In this document: positions 14,653-26,017 of the stretch, piece after piece
Layout: each line of letters starts with the position of its first letter
Position numbering within the stretch: the first letter of the stretch is position 1
Assembly (NCBI GenBank): GCA_965649765.1
Contig: OZ287751.1
Location: 100,130,001 to 100,194,000 of the forward strand
DNA length: 64,000 nt
From: Bispira polyomma
Taxonomy: Eukaryota
Direction: 5' to 3'
Translations under genes and position numbers: made by a program
The notes under the pieces: model-generated
Database searches by the model: none
Told to the model about the DNA's origin: nothing
Seen by the model: the letters and a program-made list of their open reading frames with translations, nothing else

Positions 14653-17040
14653 CTGTCTCCCTTCTAGATATAGGTGCACTTCTACATTATATTCTGACAG
14701 CTCTATCTGGTTTCCAATCTTACCAAACACTCAAGGGTGCAAACAATCTCGGTACAGATGACTTTTAATGGAACAACGTTTCAAATTGTTTTGTGGTGAT
14801 GGAACACATAAGGTACTGAAAGGATAACTTCATTTGCAATTGGTGTTTCAATAAGTGTAGCCGTAGTAATATGATGAACACACAATAATATTGCAATACG
14901 AAAGCTATTTACAATGATATTGCTGCAATACAATATTTCTTTGTAAACCCACATTTTACATTTTGTTTCAAGCTAATTTCCTTCTATCCCTACATGTGGT
15001 ATTTCCGTAAACTTGCATTACCAAACAGGTATAGTTATTGGGAATTACAGTACTTATCAAAAAGACAGGGACCAAGGCATTAAAAGTAAGGAGCTTTAAC
15101 TTAACTTAGAAAATACTGAATCCGAAGAAAGCTTTAACGATAAAGCCCCAAGTGTAATTATTTAGCAACCCTCAAAGAATTGGATGCATCTTGGTTGCTT
15201 TAACACACTTGTTGAAAATGGCAATAAAAGACGTTGGGGAATCTTATTCCTATATAATACCATCACTTCAAAACCCTCAAGAAAGCTTTTCTCAGCACCC
15301 CCCTCCTTTCCCCCAACAAACATCGTAGCACTTAACCCTCTATTCACAAGTGCTCTCGATCCACTTAGAGTTTTGACTTTAGCACTCAAAGTAGTTTACT
15401 TCAACCAAAATTGCTGGCAAATTGTCGTCAATGGTAGAGCAAAATTGACTCACAAAACGTTCTTAATTCCCATCTGAAGTTGACGTAACAAAACTTGTTA
15501 TTTTATCTCATTCATAACCTGTCCCTGGATTCAATGATCTTTCTTTTTCGTTGAGATGTCAGCATATTTATGGGCATAACAGAATTTGAACTTTTCCCTC
15601 TCCCGGTGGAGTGCTAGGTGGTGGGGTTGTGTGTGTTAAGCTTTTTATATCAGTGAAGAGGGGAAATGTATGACATGTAGGATGCAACCCGATAACCCTT
15701 AGACATGATTTGTAACCCAACTGGGCCAAAATAGGGAGGAAAAGAGGAGAAACATGGCTCTTCATATTTTTTAATACCCAGAGGATGTTTTAAACCTGTC
15801 GTCCCTGTATAAGTTTAGACATTTCGTGTTGATTAAATCATGATTGCATTCCATTTTTATAGTTTTAATAGTCAAGCTTTAAAATAGGTACATTATACAT
15901 AAGTATATATGTAAATGTGTGTGTAGATGATAGTCTGATATGACCTTTATACCCCTAGTCTGGGTTCGTCCACTTGTCAATTGTTTCAGTCTCACATCCC
16001 TCAGGAAGCCTACTAGCCATGCTGCCAGATGCGGCGCACAAAGACCATATAACACTCACTAGTGGACTGGTACCCATTTATACACCTGGGTAGAGAGGAA
16101 CAACTTTGTGTAAAGTAGTTTGTCCAAGGGTACCATTCTCCAATCAATAAGTATAGATGTAATGTAATACAGTTCCATGTAACATTTCTTTTTTGTCGGA
16201 GGGGCAGCATTTAAGCAAGCTTTGAGTTATTGTTCAAAAGCAAACAGGTTGCCAAAACGGTTCCAAGTTATCAGTGGTCGTATTTGCCAAATTTCTGAAG
16301 CCCAATTCTGACTCAAATCTGAAACTCCTTTATATATCTCTGGCTGGAGTAAAAATACTTCAAATCTGATTGCGTATTTAAATTCAGCTGTGAAATCTCA
16401 ATTGAATTAAATGGTCACAAGTACAGGTTTATTCCATGCACATGCAGTTTGAGCTTCTTGAGTTACCTTGCAGAATACAGACCCAAGAGGTTTATAATAT
16501 ATAATCTAATCAAACGTTTATAGCACTTAATCTCCATTAAAGTGGATTCTAAGGTGCATATATATCATCATATTCACGTCTTATAACATCCATTTCCGGA
16601 AGGTGGTCGTATTCAAGGAGACGCCAGTATGAAAATGTAACTACAGAGGGAAAGCCTTGGCAAACAAGTATGTCTTTGATTTCCTTTAAAAAGATGACAA
16701 GGTAGGAGCAACACCAGTTTCCTGTGACATACTGTTTCATATCTTTAGTGCATTGTAGGAGAAACTGTGATTAAAATGAGTTTTAGTTTTATGAATCGAA
16801 GGTGAGTAGACTGGACCCTGAATGAAACCCTTAATATGTCACACTGACACAGGTCAGAAGCTTTTTAAAATTAATACTGTAATAATATAAATAAGTTGCA
16901 TTTAGTTATCCCAATAAGTCTAAACAATTATCCCAGATGACTTGCAATATTTCATTATGACATGCCGCAAACCACAAGGAAATATGTAAATCATCCTACA
17001 ATGACTCTCATACATGCTTGAAGCTTTGTGGTGACATTTA

Positions 17041-17281
17041 GTACAATGTCACTTACACAAGGGCAGAGTAAAAGATATCTAGACAGCTTAATTTGTATTT
17101 ATGCTCCGAGTTAAAGAGAAACCCTGAGAGGGTACAAGCCATGGCCACTTGTGGTGAGGGGAAGCTGTCTGTAATAAGTTGAATAGCAGGATATGTTCCC
17201 GTCTACTTCATTTTAATAAAGGAACAGAAAAGGCCAAGACATAGTTATGTCCGTGTCACGTGACCCCTGCTCATAAATCCC
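17041..17281 (+). repeat. ~240-bp direct repeat, copy 2
   Basis: Matches 14412-14652. Confidence 0.9.
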
Positions 17282-20200
17282 GGCGTCTCTGGTTGTGTAT
17301 TGTATAGCAAAAAACACATTGTTTGTCAGTAGACGACTTAGTTTTTATATTCCAAGAGAGATCATATAGTTCACCAGCAGTATCGGGGAATAGGTCACTG
17401 AGGGGGGAAGAAAAGGGGAACTATATATATGGTAGTCTTTAGGACCTAGTGGATAGAGTGTCTGACATTGGATCTCAGGGTCCCAGGTTCTATTCTTGCT
17501 GCAGGCCTGGAGATTGTACTCTTTGGACAAGGTGCTTTACACAAAGTCGTCCCTCTCTACCCAGGTGTTTAAATAGGTACCTTGACACTAATGGGTGTTA
17601 GTAGCAAATCTAGTGATAGATTACTATGATAGTTCCTAAATACATCCTGAATACAGCTACATAACTGTAAAGAATGAAACCTTGTGGCATTTAACAGATA
17701 CTTTGTTCTGGGATGACTTATGTATCTTAATTTGTAGTTGGGTATCAAGAAACATGCAATTTCTAAGCTACATAATTTTTGTCATTGTGAATTTTTACAA
17801 AACATGTTATTGTGATACAAATGCAATACATCAGAATCGATAAACCAGTTTTACATCTAGCCCAAAGGATGGTATCCCCCAATACACACTATAATATTAC
17901 CAAAACTGTGGGACATTCTGATCACTAGGTCAACTCCCTAACCATTGGCCCACCGGAGACCACAGCTGTGTATATACATATATATACATATATGTAGACT
18001 AGAACCTTTATTTCTAAACACGTTGGGAGAGGATTATTCAGATAATGGAAGGTTCATAAAACAGAGCCATAGCAAAACATGAAATTGTCAGTGAAAAGTT
18101 ATATTTTAATTGATTTGATGTCGCTTTCAATATGAACTAGTCTAATATCCCGACCGGCAGTTTACTAACAAAGAAACAGCAATCCACCGGCCTTCAGCAA
18201 CTCTACTACCAAGTTTCCCACATTCACACATACACCGCCATGGTGAAGATTTAAACCCATGCCAGCAGAGGTAGCAGACGTGTGTGTTATGACCACATCA
18301 CTTAGGCCGCCCCCTATACACAGAGAAAGGGTTGATATGAGATGATAAGTTAAGACATAACATCCTCTATACCTAGAGGCCATTGGGTAAAATTGCACCA
18401 AAGCATGCAATGGGCTTTTCAGCTAAGAGTAAGTGGACAGTAAATTACTCAAGGCCAGCCAGGGTTTCTTATGTTCTTATGTAGGAAACAAAAAAAAATC
18501 CTATTATTGTGATACTATTGTGTTGTAAGAGTTATTACTGTGCTATATATATATAATATTAAGACCCCTCATTTTCTTTACGGTTTAACAAGATGTAGCA
18601 TGATGTTCTGTCACTTAGCCTTGATGGCTGTAACTACCTGGAATAGTGCAAGCTAGCAATCATCATGGTGGGTAGCATTTTGCCATGAAGGGTCATGTTT
18701 TAAAAGCGCCCTCCTCCCCTTTGCTACAAGCTTAATCTACCGTTTTTCTCTCTTTTTTGTTGCTATCATATTAATAATCCAAGCCCAATTATTGTAATGG
18801 CTGAATTGTGTGTAAGTTATTTTTGTGGCATGCGCACGCACATTTGACATAATAAAAAACAAAACTATTTTTAAAAGATATATAATTGTGGAATTCAGGA
18901 AATATTCAGACCTAGTTTTGTCCTCCCTGGTGCATGTTAATTTTCTTCAATTAACTAACATCAAATACTATGATTGAACGTCATCCCCAAGAAACTGACA
19001 TGCCATGCTTGTGACGTCACAGTCAGAAAACAGTGTGTTAAATATAATATTATTAAAAATCATTATCAATCTATCACTGACAATTTTATCATATATAATA
19101 AAAATCTATGTGTATATTCCAGATGATATAAACTTTTAGTTTGTTTTTTGTGACATAATGTGTTGCATTTAGTTAGAGTTTTTTAGGTTGCTTCAACAGC
19201 TTAAGTTATGTCACGACGGCTAGATTCAATCATGGGGGAAAGTAGTGCTGAAGCCACTGTAAACCACCAGCCTACAGCAAGTGGCTGACAAACTGTAAAC
19301 TTTTCCACCTATAGGAACAATTGGGATCTGATCCCAAATTGAGGGAGAGGCCAATGATTATGAAGCTAACGCTTCTATAACCGCTAGACCATAAGGGAAA
19401 TTAAACAAACACTGTTATAAGGCAAACTGCCATCACTTGGAATAGAGTGTGCAATGAAATAGTTAGAAACTTCCACAACAACAAAAATGTTTACCAAAGG
19501 AGCTAAGTAATAGTATGAACCAAAGTCAAGGTTGGGTGTTGCCTTCGGCTATGTTAACGGTTCAGCACACTGCCAATGCATACACAATATGAAAACTTTG
19601 AAGTTCATGTTTGTAGTAATATTTGTTGATGCAGTAGTATATGATTCTGTACTTCTGTAACTGTATTTATAATTGTTCACACATTCAAAATATTTCCTTC
19701 AAAAATAGCCTTAAATCCAGTTAAAAAGGTAAATTTGCGTCTTTAACTAGTAACATTTCTAAAAATGTAGAACTACAAAGAAATACAATAGGTTTTAATC
19801 ATCTGCTCTCTGACGCAAACTGGTGACATAATTACATACTAGTTGTCATGCAAATGTGTCATTAGGATAACCTTTTTTGTTTCTCTTTTTGAAAAGGGCA
19901 TAACAAGGAGGGTTGTTTATTTTAGTAGAACGTCAACAAAAAAGCTAGTTTATATAAGATGGCATTATCTTTGGGAACTATGACACCTTTCCTGCTATTA
20001 TTTGAAACATAATTACCACTGACGTTGAAAATTCAGTAACATTAGTTTATTGAAGGATGTAAACATTTTAAAACCTGAAATTGCTTTGTCATAACAATGT
20101 TAGTATACCTATATGATAATTACATGTCTATGACTGTATTTATAAATTCAATACTGTGATTGTGAACTGTAGATGAAAATGTATTGCAGATGGTTTGCTT

Positions 20201-20545
20201 TTCCTTCTGTGGTTATACTGCGAGCCAACATTTTTTAATTTACACATTACCAAGCTTTTTTGCAATAATAGGCAGTATTACTGAAGACTAAAACATTACA
20301 ATAACCAAAGGTATTTCTAACTTTCACCAGGTAAACCAATTTCTTAAATTATCCTCCATTCACTAACCATTCACTGTTCAATAATTTGAGATATAGATAG
20401 ATCTAATTCCCTTACTATTTATATATTTATTTATGGTTTAATGTCGCCTACAACACGTTTTGTGCTCTGTATCAAAACGATGGTCACGGTTTTTTCTTCT
20501 ACCCTCAGCAGGTCTACTACTTATTAACCGTTACTAGGCGATTGT

Positions 20546-20968
20546 GTGTACTCACCCTAGAGTCAAAGATAGCCTTTCTCTGGCCTTGTCCCCTTACTAT
20601 ATTATTGCAAGTACTCACTCTGGAATCAAAGATAGACTTTCCCCGGCCCTTCCCCTTTGGTAAATAAATGCAAGTACTCACCTTTAAGTCAAAGATAGCC
20701 TTTCTCCGGTCCTGCCCCCTTACTATATTAATGCAAGTACTCATTCTGGAATCAGAGATAGCCTTTCTACGCTAATGTACCCTTACTACATGAATGCAAT
20801 TGCTCACCCTGGAGTCAACTATAGTCTTTCCTGGCTTCGTCTTCTTACTACATGAATGCAAGTACTCACTCTGAAATTATATATAGCCTTTCTCCAAGCC
20901 CTATCCCGTTACTACATGAATCCAAGTACTCACCCTGGAGTCAAAGATAGCCTTTCTCCGGCCCTGTC
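20546..20968. repeat. 63-bp minisatellite, ~7 copies, derived from an exon end plus its splice donor
   Basis: CTCAC-like anchors recur at 20551, 20614, 20677, 20740, 20803, 20865 and 20929. Confidence 0.9.
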
Positions 20969-21047
20969 TGGCCATGGTGGGGGACGGTTCAGTATCACTC
21001 TCCTCCTCATTACTGTTTACACTGTCAGAACTCTTCCTTCTGATTGG
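20934..21047 (-). CDS. Host gene internal exon (PIRRKSSDSVNSNEEESDTEPSPTMARQGRRKAIFDSR)
   Basis: TATATTTTTAG| acceptor, 114 bp open frame, AGG|GTGAGT donor; phase 0/0. Confidence 0.7.
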
Positions 21048-21178
21048 CTAAAAATATATAGGTCAATGGTCAATTTAGTAGGATTTGTTTAACCATAAAT
21101 TATCTATTAAAGACAAGTTATAAAGTTATAAAGGGATAAGGGGGCACTAGGGTAAGGGTGCCAGGTAAGAGGGCCTCA

Positions 21179-24129
21179 TCACACAAATACATTAATCCCA
21201 GTGGGGGTAAGGGTTGGTAAGGCCCATATATAGTACAGTTCCTGACGTCTTCGTCGGGCTGTACTATTTGCCTTATTATCCAAACCTAACCAATGGACAA
21301 TACTGAACTCCATATTTTTAGCAGAGTGTTGTTTCTGACTAAAGTGCCTTGACACTGGGGTGGATGCTTGTAGTTTGGGATTATAAACACTTCTTATGTG
21401 TTCATACATCCTTTGTCTGAATGGCCTTTTGGTTTCCCCTATGTGTTGTAATCCACATTGATTACAGTTGATCATGTAAATCAAATTCTTTAATTCACAT
21501 GTGAGACGGGGTTTTGGTGGGAGATTAATACACTTGTAAACCTTTTTTGTGTGAAAACTGGTAAATTGATCCAGTTTTTTAAGTTTTGGGCAGTATGTAC
21601 ACTTGCCTAATCTGGTGCAAACGGGTGGGAGATCATTTAATGATCTTTCACAACAATCTGCAGGGTATAGGATTTTAGCAGAGGTAAGTTTATCTCTGAG
21701 GTTAGGTAGCCTCTTAAATCCAATGATAGGTTTTTCATTGAATAGTTTCTTGAGGTCATCTGTGTGTTGGATAATGTTCCAATTATGTTTTATGAGCCCT
21801 TTAATGTCGGGATTCATAGGGTTGTATTCAGTCACTAAAACTGGAGGGTCTTTTTGCTCATTTTTATTTACTACAAGTAATTGTGCTTGAGTAAATTTGT
21901 TAGCTTTATTGAAGTGACCCCTGAGTGATTTGATGGGGTAACCTCGAGCAAGGTAATATTCAGTGAGTTTATTGGCATTGTTGGTGAAATCCTCATCTAG
22001 TGTGCATATGCGCCTGAGTCTGAGGTATTGCCCATAGGGACCTTTATCCAAAACACTTTTTGGGTGTGAAGAGGTGTGGTGTAGATATAAGTGAGTATCA
22101 GTGGGTTTATTGTACAGGGTAGTGATGAGCTCTCTTTTTGGGTTAAATTTGACTGTTGTGTCTAAAAAGTCAATCTGGGTTCTACTATATTCATGTGTGA
22201 ATTTAATGGTTTGGTGAATATTATTAAGATATTTCACAAAATCCATCAAAGCATTCTCACCGTGAGTCCAGATCATGAAAATATCATCAATAAATCTTTT
22301 CCACACTAATGGTTTTAAGTGGTAGCCTTTCAGTGCTTTGGTTTCAAATCTGTCCATGAAAAGATTGGCGTAGTTGGGGGCAAGTGATGTGCCCATATAT
22401 ATATATATATCTTTATTCGTACTTTATATTGTACAATAATAATGAAAAAAAAAAAGAGAAAAAGAAAAAAAAAAAAAAAAAAAAAGTGTGAATTAATTAA
22501 TTACAAATGACATTTATGTACAAAAGAATTCTAACATCACTTGAAGTTCATTACAGTTAAACACAGAATTACGATCTTGTCTCATATTGAGAACATCAAT
22601 GATATTTGATATCTTTACTTCATCTGCAGGGTTATTTTCATTAGTATTACACCAGACTTTGCTATTCATACTGTAAATAACTTTGTTGTACACACTGGTA
22701 TCATATTTTTACTCTAAGATGGCATGCTTACTCCAAATGTGATTAATATTATTACATATCACAGAACCACTACCGTTTAGGGCTAAAGTGCCACATAATT
22801 TCACAAGTACATTATCACTATTTAGTATAGACTTAAAAAGTTTTAAAAAACGTTTATGTATTTGAAGCTCAGCAGGAGTATCTTTCAGAATGACATGTAA
22901 AAATCTACTATGTGTTTTGTAAGGCACATCTAACAGTTTACGAATACCTCCTATTTGGATATAATGATCACCATTAAATTGGAAGTTCATACTGTGAAGG
23001 ACTAATTTGAGTAGGTCCAGTATGAAGCTGGCAATTGGTGATTTGGTGGGGTCTGTTCTAAGGTGGTCAGCCACTGCTAATATCCCTTCATGATTTGGTA
23101 TGTTGGTATAGAGTGATGACACGTCCAAGGTGCAAAGAATTGCACCTTCAGGTATTTTGCCTAATTCCCTGAGTTTTGAGATAAAATCTTGAGTGTCTCT
23201 AATGTATGATTTTGTCTGTGGTACATATTTCTTAATATGCTCATCCACAAACTTACTGATTCCACTGGTTGGGTGCTCTACTGAACTACAAATAGGTCTA
23301 CCTGGTACACCTATTTTGTGGATTTTTGGTAGTAGATAAAATCTACCTTCTGAACAGTTGTCTGGTAAAAATGTTCAAAGTTTCTGTCATTAATAAGTCC
23401 CTTATGTTTCATTTGCTGTAGGATTTTAGACACCTTGGTGGAGATGTCTACTGTAGGATCATTATCCAGTTTAGTATAGAAATTGGTATACGAGAGTTGT
23501 CTGTAACCTTCTCTCAGATAATCAGTGGTGTTCATAACCACAACTGCTGAGCCTTTATCTGCCTTTTTAATGACAATGTCTGGGTTGTCATTAAGTTCCT
23601 TGAGGCCTGAGTATTGTGCCTTGGTAAGATTTTTGGATCTTTTGTGTGGGATCTTACTATTTAAGAGGCTACATTTAAAAGCTCTTTGGAAAATTTCAAG
23701 AGATTGGTGTATTCTTGGCGGTTTTCATGAACTTTTGTTAACAAATTTTTGGTGAATCTCCTTATAAGGATTTTCACTTTCCTCTAGGTTAGATGCCAAA
23801 AATTCAAGTATTTCAGAGTCAGATTGGTTCAAATCAGTGAGTTGACCATTGTCATTGTAAAAATGATATTTTAGGCAAAGACGTCTGTGGAATTCCTTGA
23901 AGTCCAACCAAATTTTTGATTTGTTTGGTGGGCCTGGGGTTGGGCAAAATGTCAAGCCTTTTTGAAGTGCACCTAGTTGGGCCTCACTGAGTTTAAAATC
24001 AGATAGATTAACTACAGTGTGGCCTATCAGGGCCTCCATGGTTTTGCCAGGGGGAAGTATCCCTGGAGTGGCTATTTTAGCCTTCTCCTTGATAAGGTTT
24101 AAGGTTTTCAAGTAATCAGATCTTTCCAT
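21179..24129 (-). pseudogene. PLE RT/GIY-YIG ORF, disrupted by TGA at 23725-23727 (expected Trp), a frameshift near 23370 and a LINE insertion at 22397-22945
   Basis: ORF pieces 23725..24222, 23311..23541, 22946..23248 and 21179..22396 join into a colinear PLE polyprotein; probable start is the ATG at 24129 (MERSDYLK). Confidence 0.9.
22397..22945 (-). mobile_element. 5'-truncated non-LTR retrotransposon (LINE) 3' fragment nested in the PLE RT
   Basis: Non-PLE peptide IRKLLDVPYKTHSRFL..., typical of LINE ORF2 C-termini, then an AT-rich 3' UTR, AATAAA and an (AT)n tail; splits PLE motif QIGG|MGTSLAP. Confidence 0.85.
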
Positions 24130-24311
24130 CTTAAAACCAGTGGATATCTGTTTACAAGCTACTGAGGTGTAGTATTGAGCTCTGTTAAGCTCCGTTAGTA
24201 ACCAAGGTAGTAATAACAACAAAGTAACAATAATAGGTTTTTAATGTAACCAATAAAGCTATATACATTTTCACATAAATACAAGTATAAACCATAAATA
24301 AAAACAATTAT

Positions 24312-25094
24312 TTATTTATTCAGAAACTTCTTATTAAGAGTAGTGAGTAATTGTCTCAACTCCTTCAAGTCATTTTTTGGCCTGGCCGTTCTTGGAGCAG
24401 GTCTCCTGTTTTCCTTTCTAGATTTCTTAACAGGGGGTTCTTTAAGGGTTGGTGGAGCCTTTGTCTTGAGTTTGAGCCATTTTAATGGTGGCTGCTGACT
24501 TGTACTTCAACTGGAGGCTATCTTTGATCTCCTCAAATTGGGGTTCTGAGAGAATTGATTTGAGTTCCCTTATTTTTGTTGCTATCTCAGATCTGTAGTC
24601 TGAGTACCTTAAGTTGAGTTCATCAGCAAACAAGGTGGTGAGCTGTCTTTTGAATGAGCTACAGGCTTCGCTCCATTTGATTCTGAAGTGGTCATTGGTG
24701 CTCTGTGGGGGGTACATCTAAAGTTGGTCTGGACAGGAAATGTCCCATCCTTCAGGTGTAGCTTGATAGCCTGGATTGTAGTGGCAGTGTTGATCTTCTT
24801 CCTGTAAAGGGCTTTCACTTTAAGATAGAGTGGTTTGGCCTCACTGGTGTGTTCATTTCTGCTTCTACTGTTTGACTCATCTGCTGGTGAGTCAGTACGT
24901 CTCCTTTTCATTCCCTTGTTGGGGTTGGAAGGGGCTCCAAGTTTGTTGGCTGCTTCTTCAAGTAGGTTCAGAGTATCATTACTCAATCTATTACCAGGTA
25001 TAGGTGTACCTGTCTCTGGAGTATTGAATGCTGAACTTCCTCCAACATCTAGTTGGTGAAGTGCTGGGATAAGAGCTGTGTCACTTACACTCAT
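24312..25094 (-). pseudogene. PLE-associated upstream ORF1 (~260 aa, basic, helical/coiled-coil-like), two -1 nt frameshifts
   Basis: ORF 24609..25094 shifts at the G-run near 24710 into ORF 24442..24717, then at the A-run near 24472 into APPTLKEPPVKKSRKENRRPAPRTARPKNDLKELRQLLTTLNKKFLNK* ending 24312; ATG is ~70 nt downstream of the ribozyme. Confidence 0.7.
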
Positions 25095-25141
25095 GGTTAT
25101 ATACCCAAGTGAATAAAAAAGAGTTTAATTGAACTTGGTGT

Positions 25142-25242
25142 AGGTGACAGGAGTAAACTAACTGCCTTATATATTATTGGTATACAATATATTTCGAACT
25201 CCAGTGGGTGTTCTCATCAGAGGCTATAAAAAATCTTCACCT
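25142..25242 (-). ncRNA. Type I hammerhead ribozyme
   Basis: Minus strand reads GCCT-CTGATGA-GAAC[ACCCACTGGA]GTTC-GAAA-TATATT...AATAT-ATA^AGGC: intact core and stems I-III, distal stem I AGGTGA/TCACCT; predicted cut between 25168 and 25167. Confidence 0.9.
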
Positions 25243-25278
25243 TTTTTACCCTAAGGTGGAAAAATTGACTCCGCCTGA

Positions 25279-25298
25279 CTCCGCCTGATCAGGCGGAG
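25279..25298. promoter_or_regulatory. Perfect 20-bp GC-rich palindrome CTCCGCCTGATCAGGCGGAG, overlapping tandem TGACTCCGCC x2 (25266-25285); candidate bidirectional promoter core
   Basis: Palindrome seen directly, in the main CpG-rich patch of the spacer between the divergent modules; function inferred. Confidence 0.45.
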
Positions 25299-26017
25299 CA
25301 ACTGAGCGGGGCAGAGCTCTAAATGGGCTCTGACTCAAAGGTACTTGTTGTGGGGACACCAAATCATGTTAAAACTGAATAAGGTGGTCAGGGGTCCCAG
25401 GTGAGTACTGTGCTAGGAGTCAAACTATTGGTGATTCATAATATAATTATATGTATTTATAACTTTTAAATCTTTATTCACCTGTGAGGAAAATTAAAAA
25501 GATTAAAAAATAAATAAATAATATAATGAACCCATTATTATGTGTTTTTATTGAGTCCAATTTATTGGTCCTTGATAATGAATCTTGTATAAAATCCTAT
25601 TTGATTATAGGGTGAAAAGGTATGTAATACATAGATTAGCACAATGTGAGTGTATCTGAGTGCGTTCATGCGCATTCTGTATTTACACCTTGAGGGCACT
25701 CTTCAAATATGGTTATAAGAGTATGAATATGAATTAACTGATTCAATATTTGGAGGTAAATGGTTAATATCTGGATGGAGATATTTGTCCATATGGTGAA
25801 GTGCACAAAGGTAACAATAGATGAGATTGACCAGAGTGATAAATAATTTGCCATGGTTACCAATGGGTTGACCAGTGGTGAGCCTCCACAAGTCATTTTA
25901 CAACATTTTACAAATATTTACAAACTTTACATTCTAAACAGAGTCGTATACACCTCTCAAATAGCGTATACGTGGGTATCAAAGCATCTTGCTCTCTTGT
26001 ATTGTTTTCAGTAAAGC

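Larger units (their letters stand above)
21070..25242 (-). mobile_element. Penelope-like retroelement module (Neptune-type): hammerhead ribozyme, upstream ORF1, RT + C-terminal GIY-YIG endonuclease
   Basis: PLE motifs VVNLS/LQKGLTFCPTP, KADKG, FYLLPKIHK..PGRPI, LDVSSLYTNI, QIGG/MGTSLAP, RFIDD, YNKPTD, Cys linker C-x4-C-x2-C and GIY-YIG (NLIYMINC..C..HIGET..R..EH); left boundary approximate. Confidence 0.93.

Noticed and set aside
20546-20968. CRISPR-like or PLE-terminal repeat array
   Set aside because: Contiguous tandem units without unique spacers in a eukaryotic context; the unit derives from a host exon-intron junction.
21041-21060. ATTGG + TATA-like motif as a PLE pseudo-LTR promoter
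   Set aside because: Better explained as the minus-strand splice acceptor and first codons of the host exon 20934-21047.
22709-23248. ORF as a novel RT fusion protein
   Set aside because: Chimera created by the nested LINE fragment; it lacks the catalytic DD motif.
23725-23727. In-frame TGA as selenocysteine (as in some aquatic PLEs)
   Set aside because: It falls at the conserved Trp of the KS.W.PP motif, so it is most likely a TGG->TGA nonsense mutation; no SECIS recognised.
25404-25424. AGTACT-N6-GGAGTCAAA shared between the spacer and the minisatellite unit (20925-20945)
   Set aside because: The match does not extend, and part of it is splice-donor consensus in opposite orientations; treated as chance.
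25891-25935. ATTTTAC-rich similarity to 30581-30610 as an Ngaro split direct repeat
   Set aside because: Low-complexity AT-rich match, too short and imperfect for an element this well preserved.
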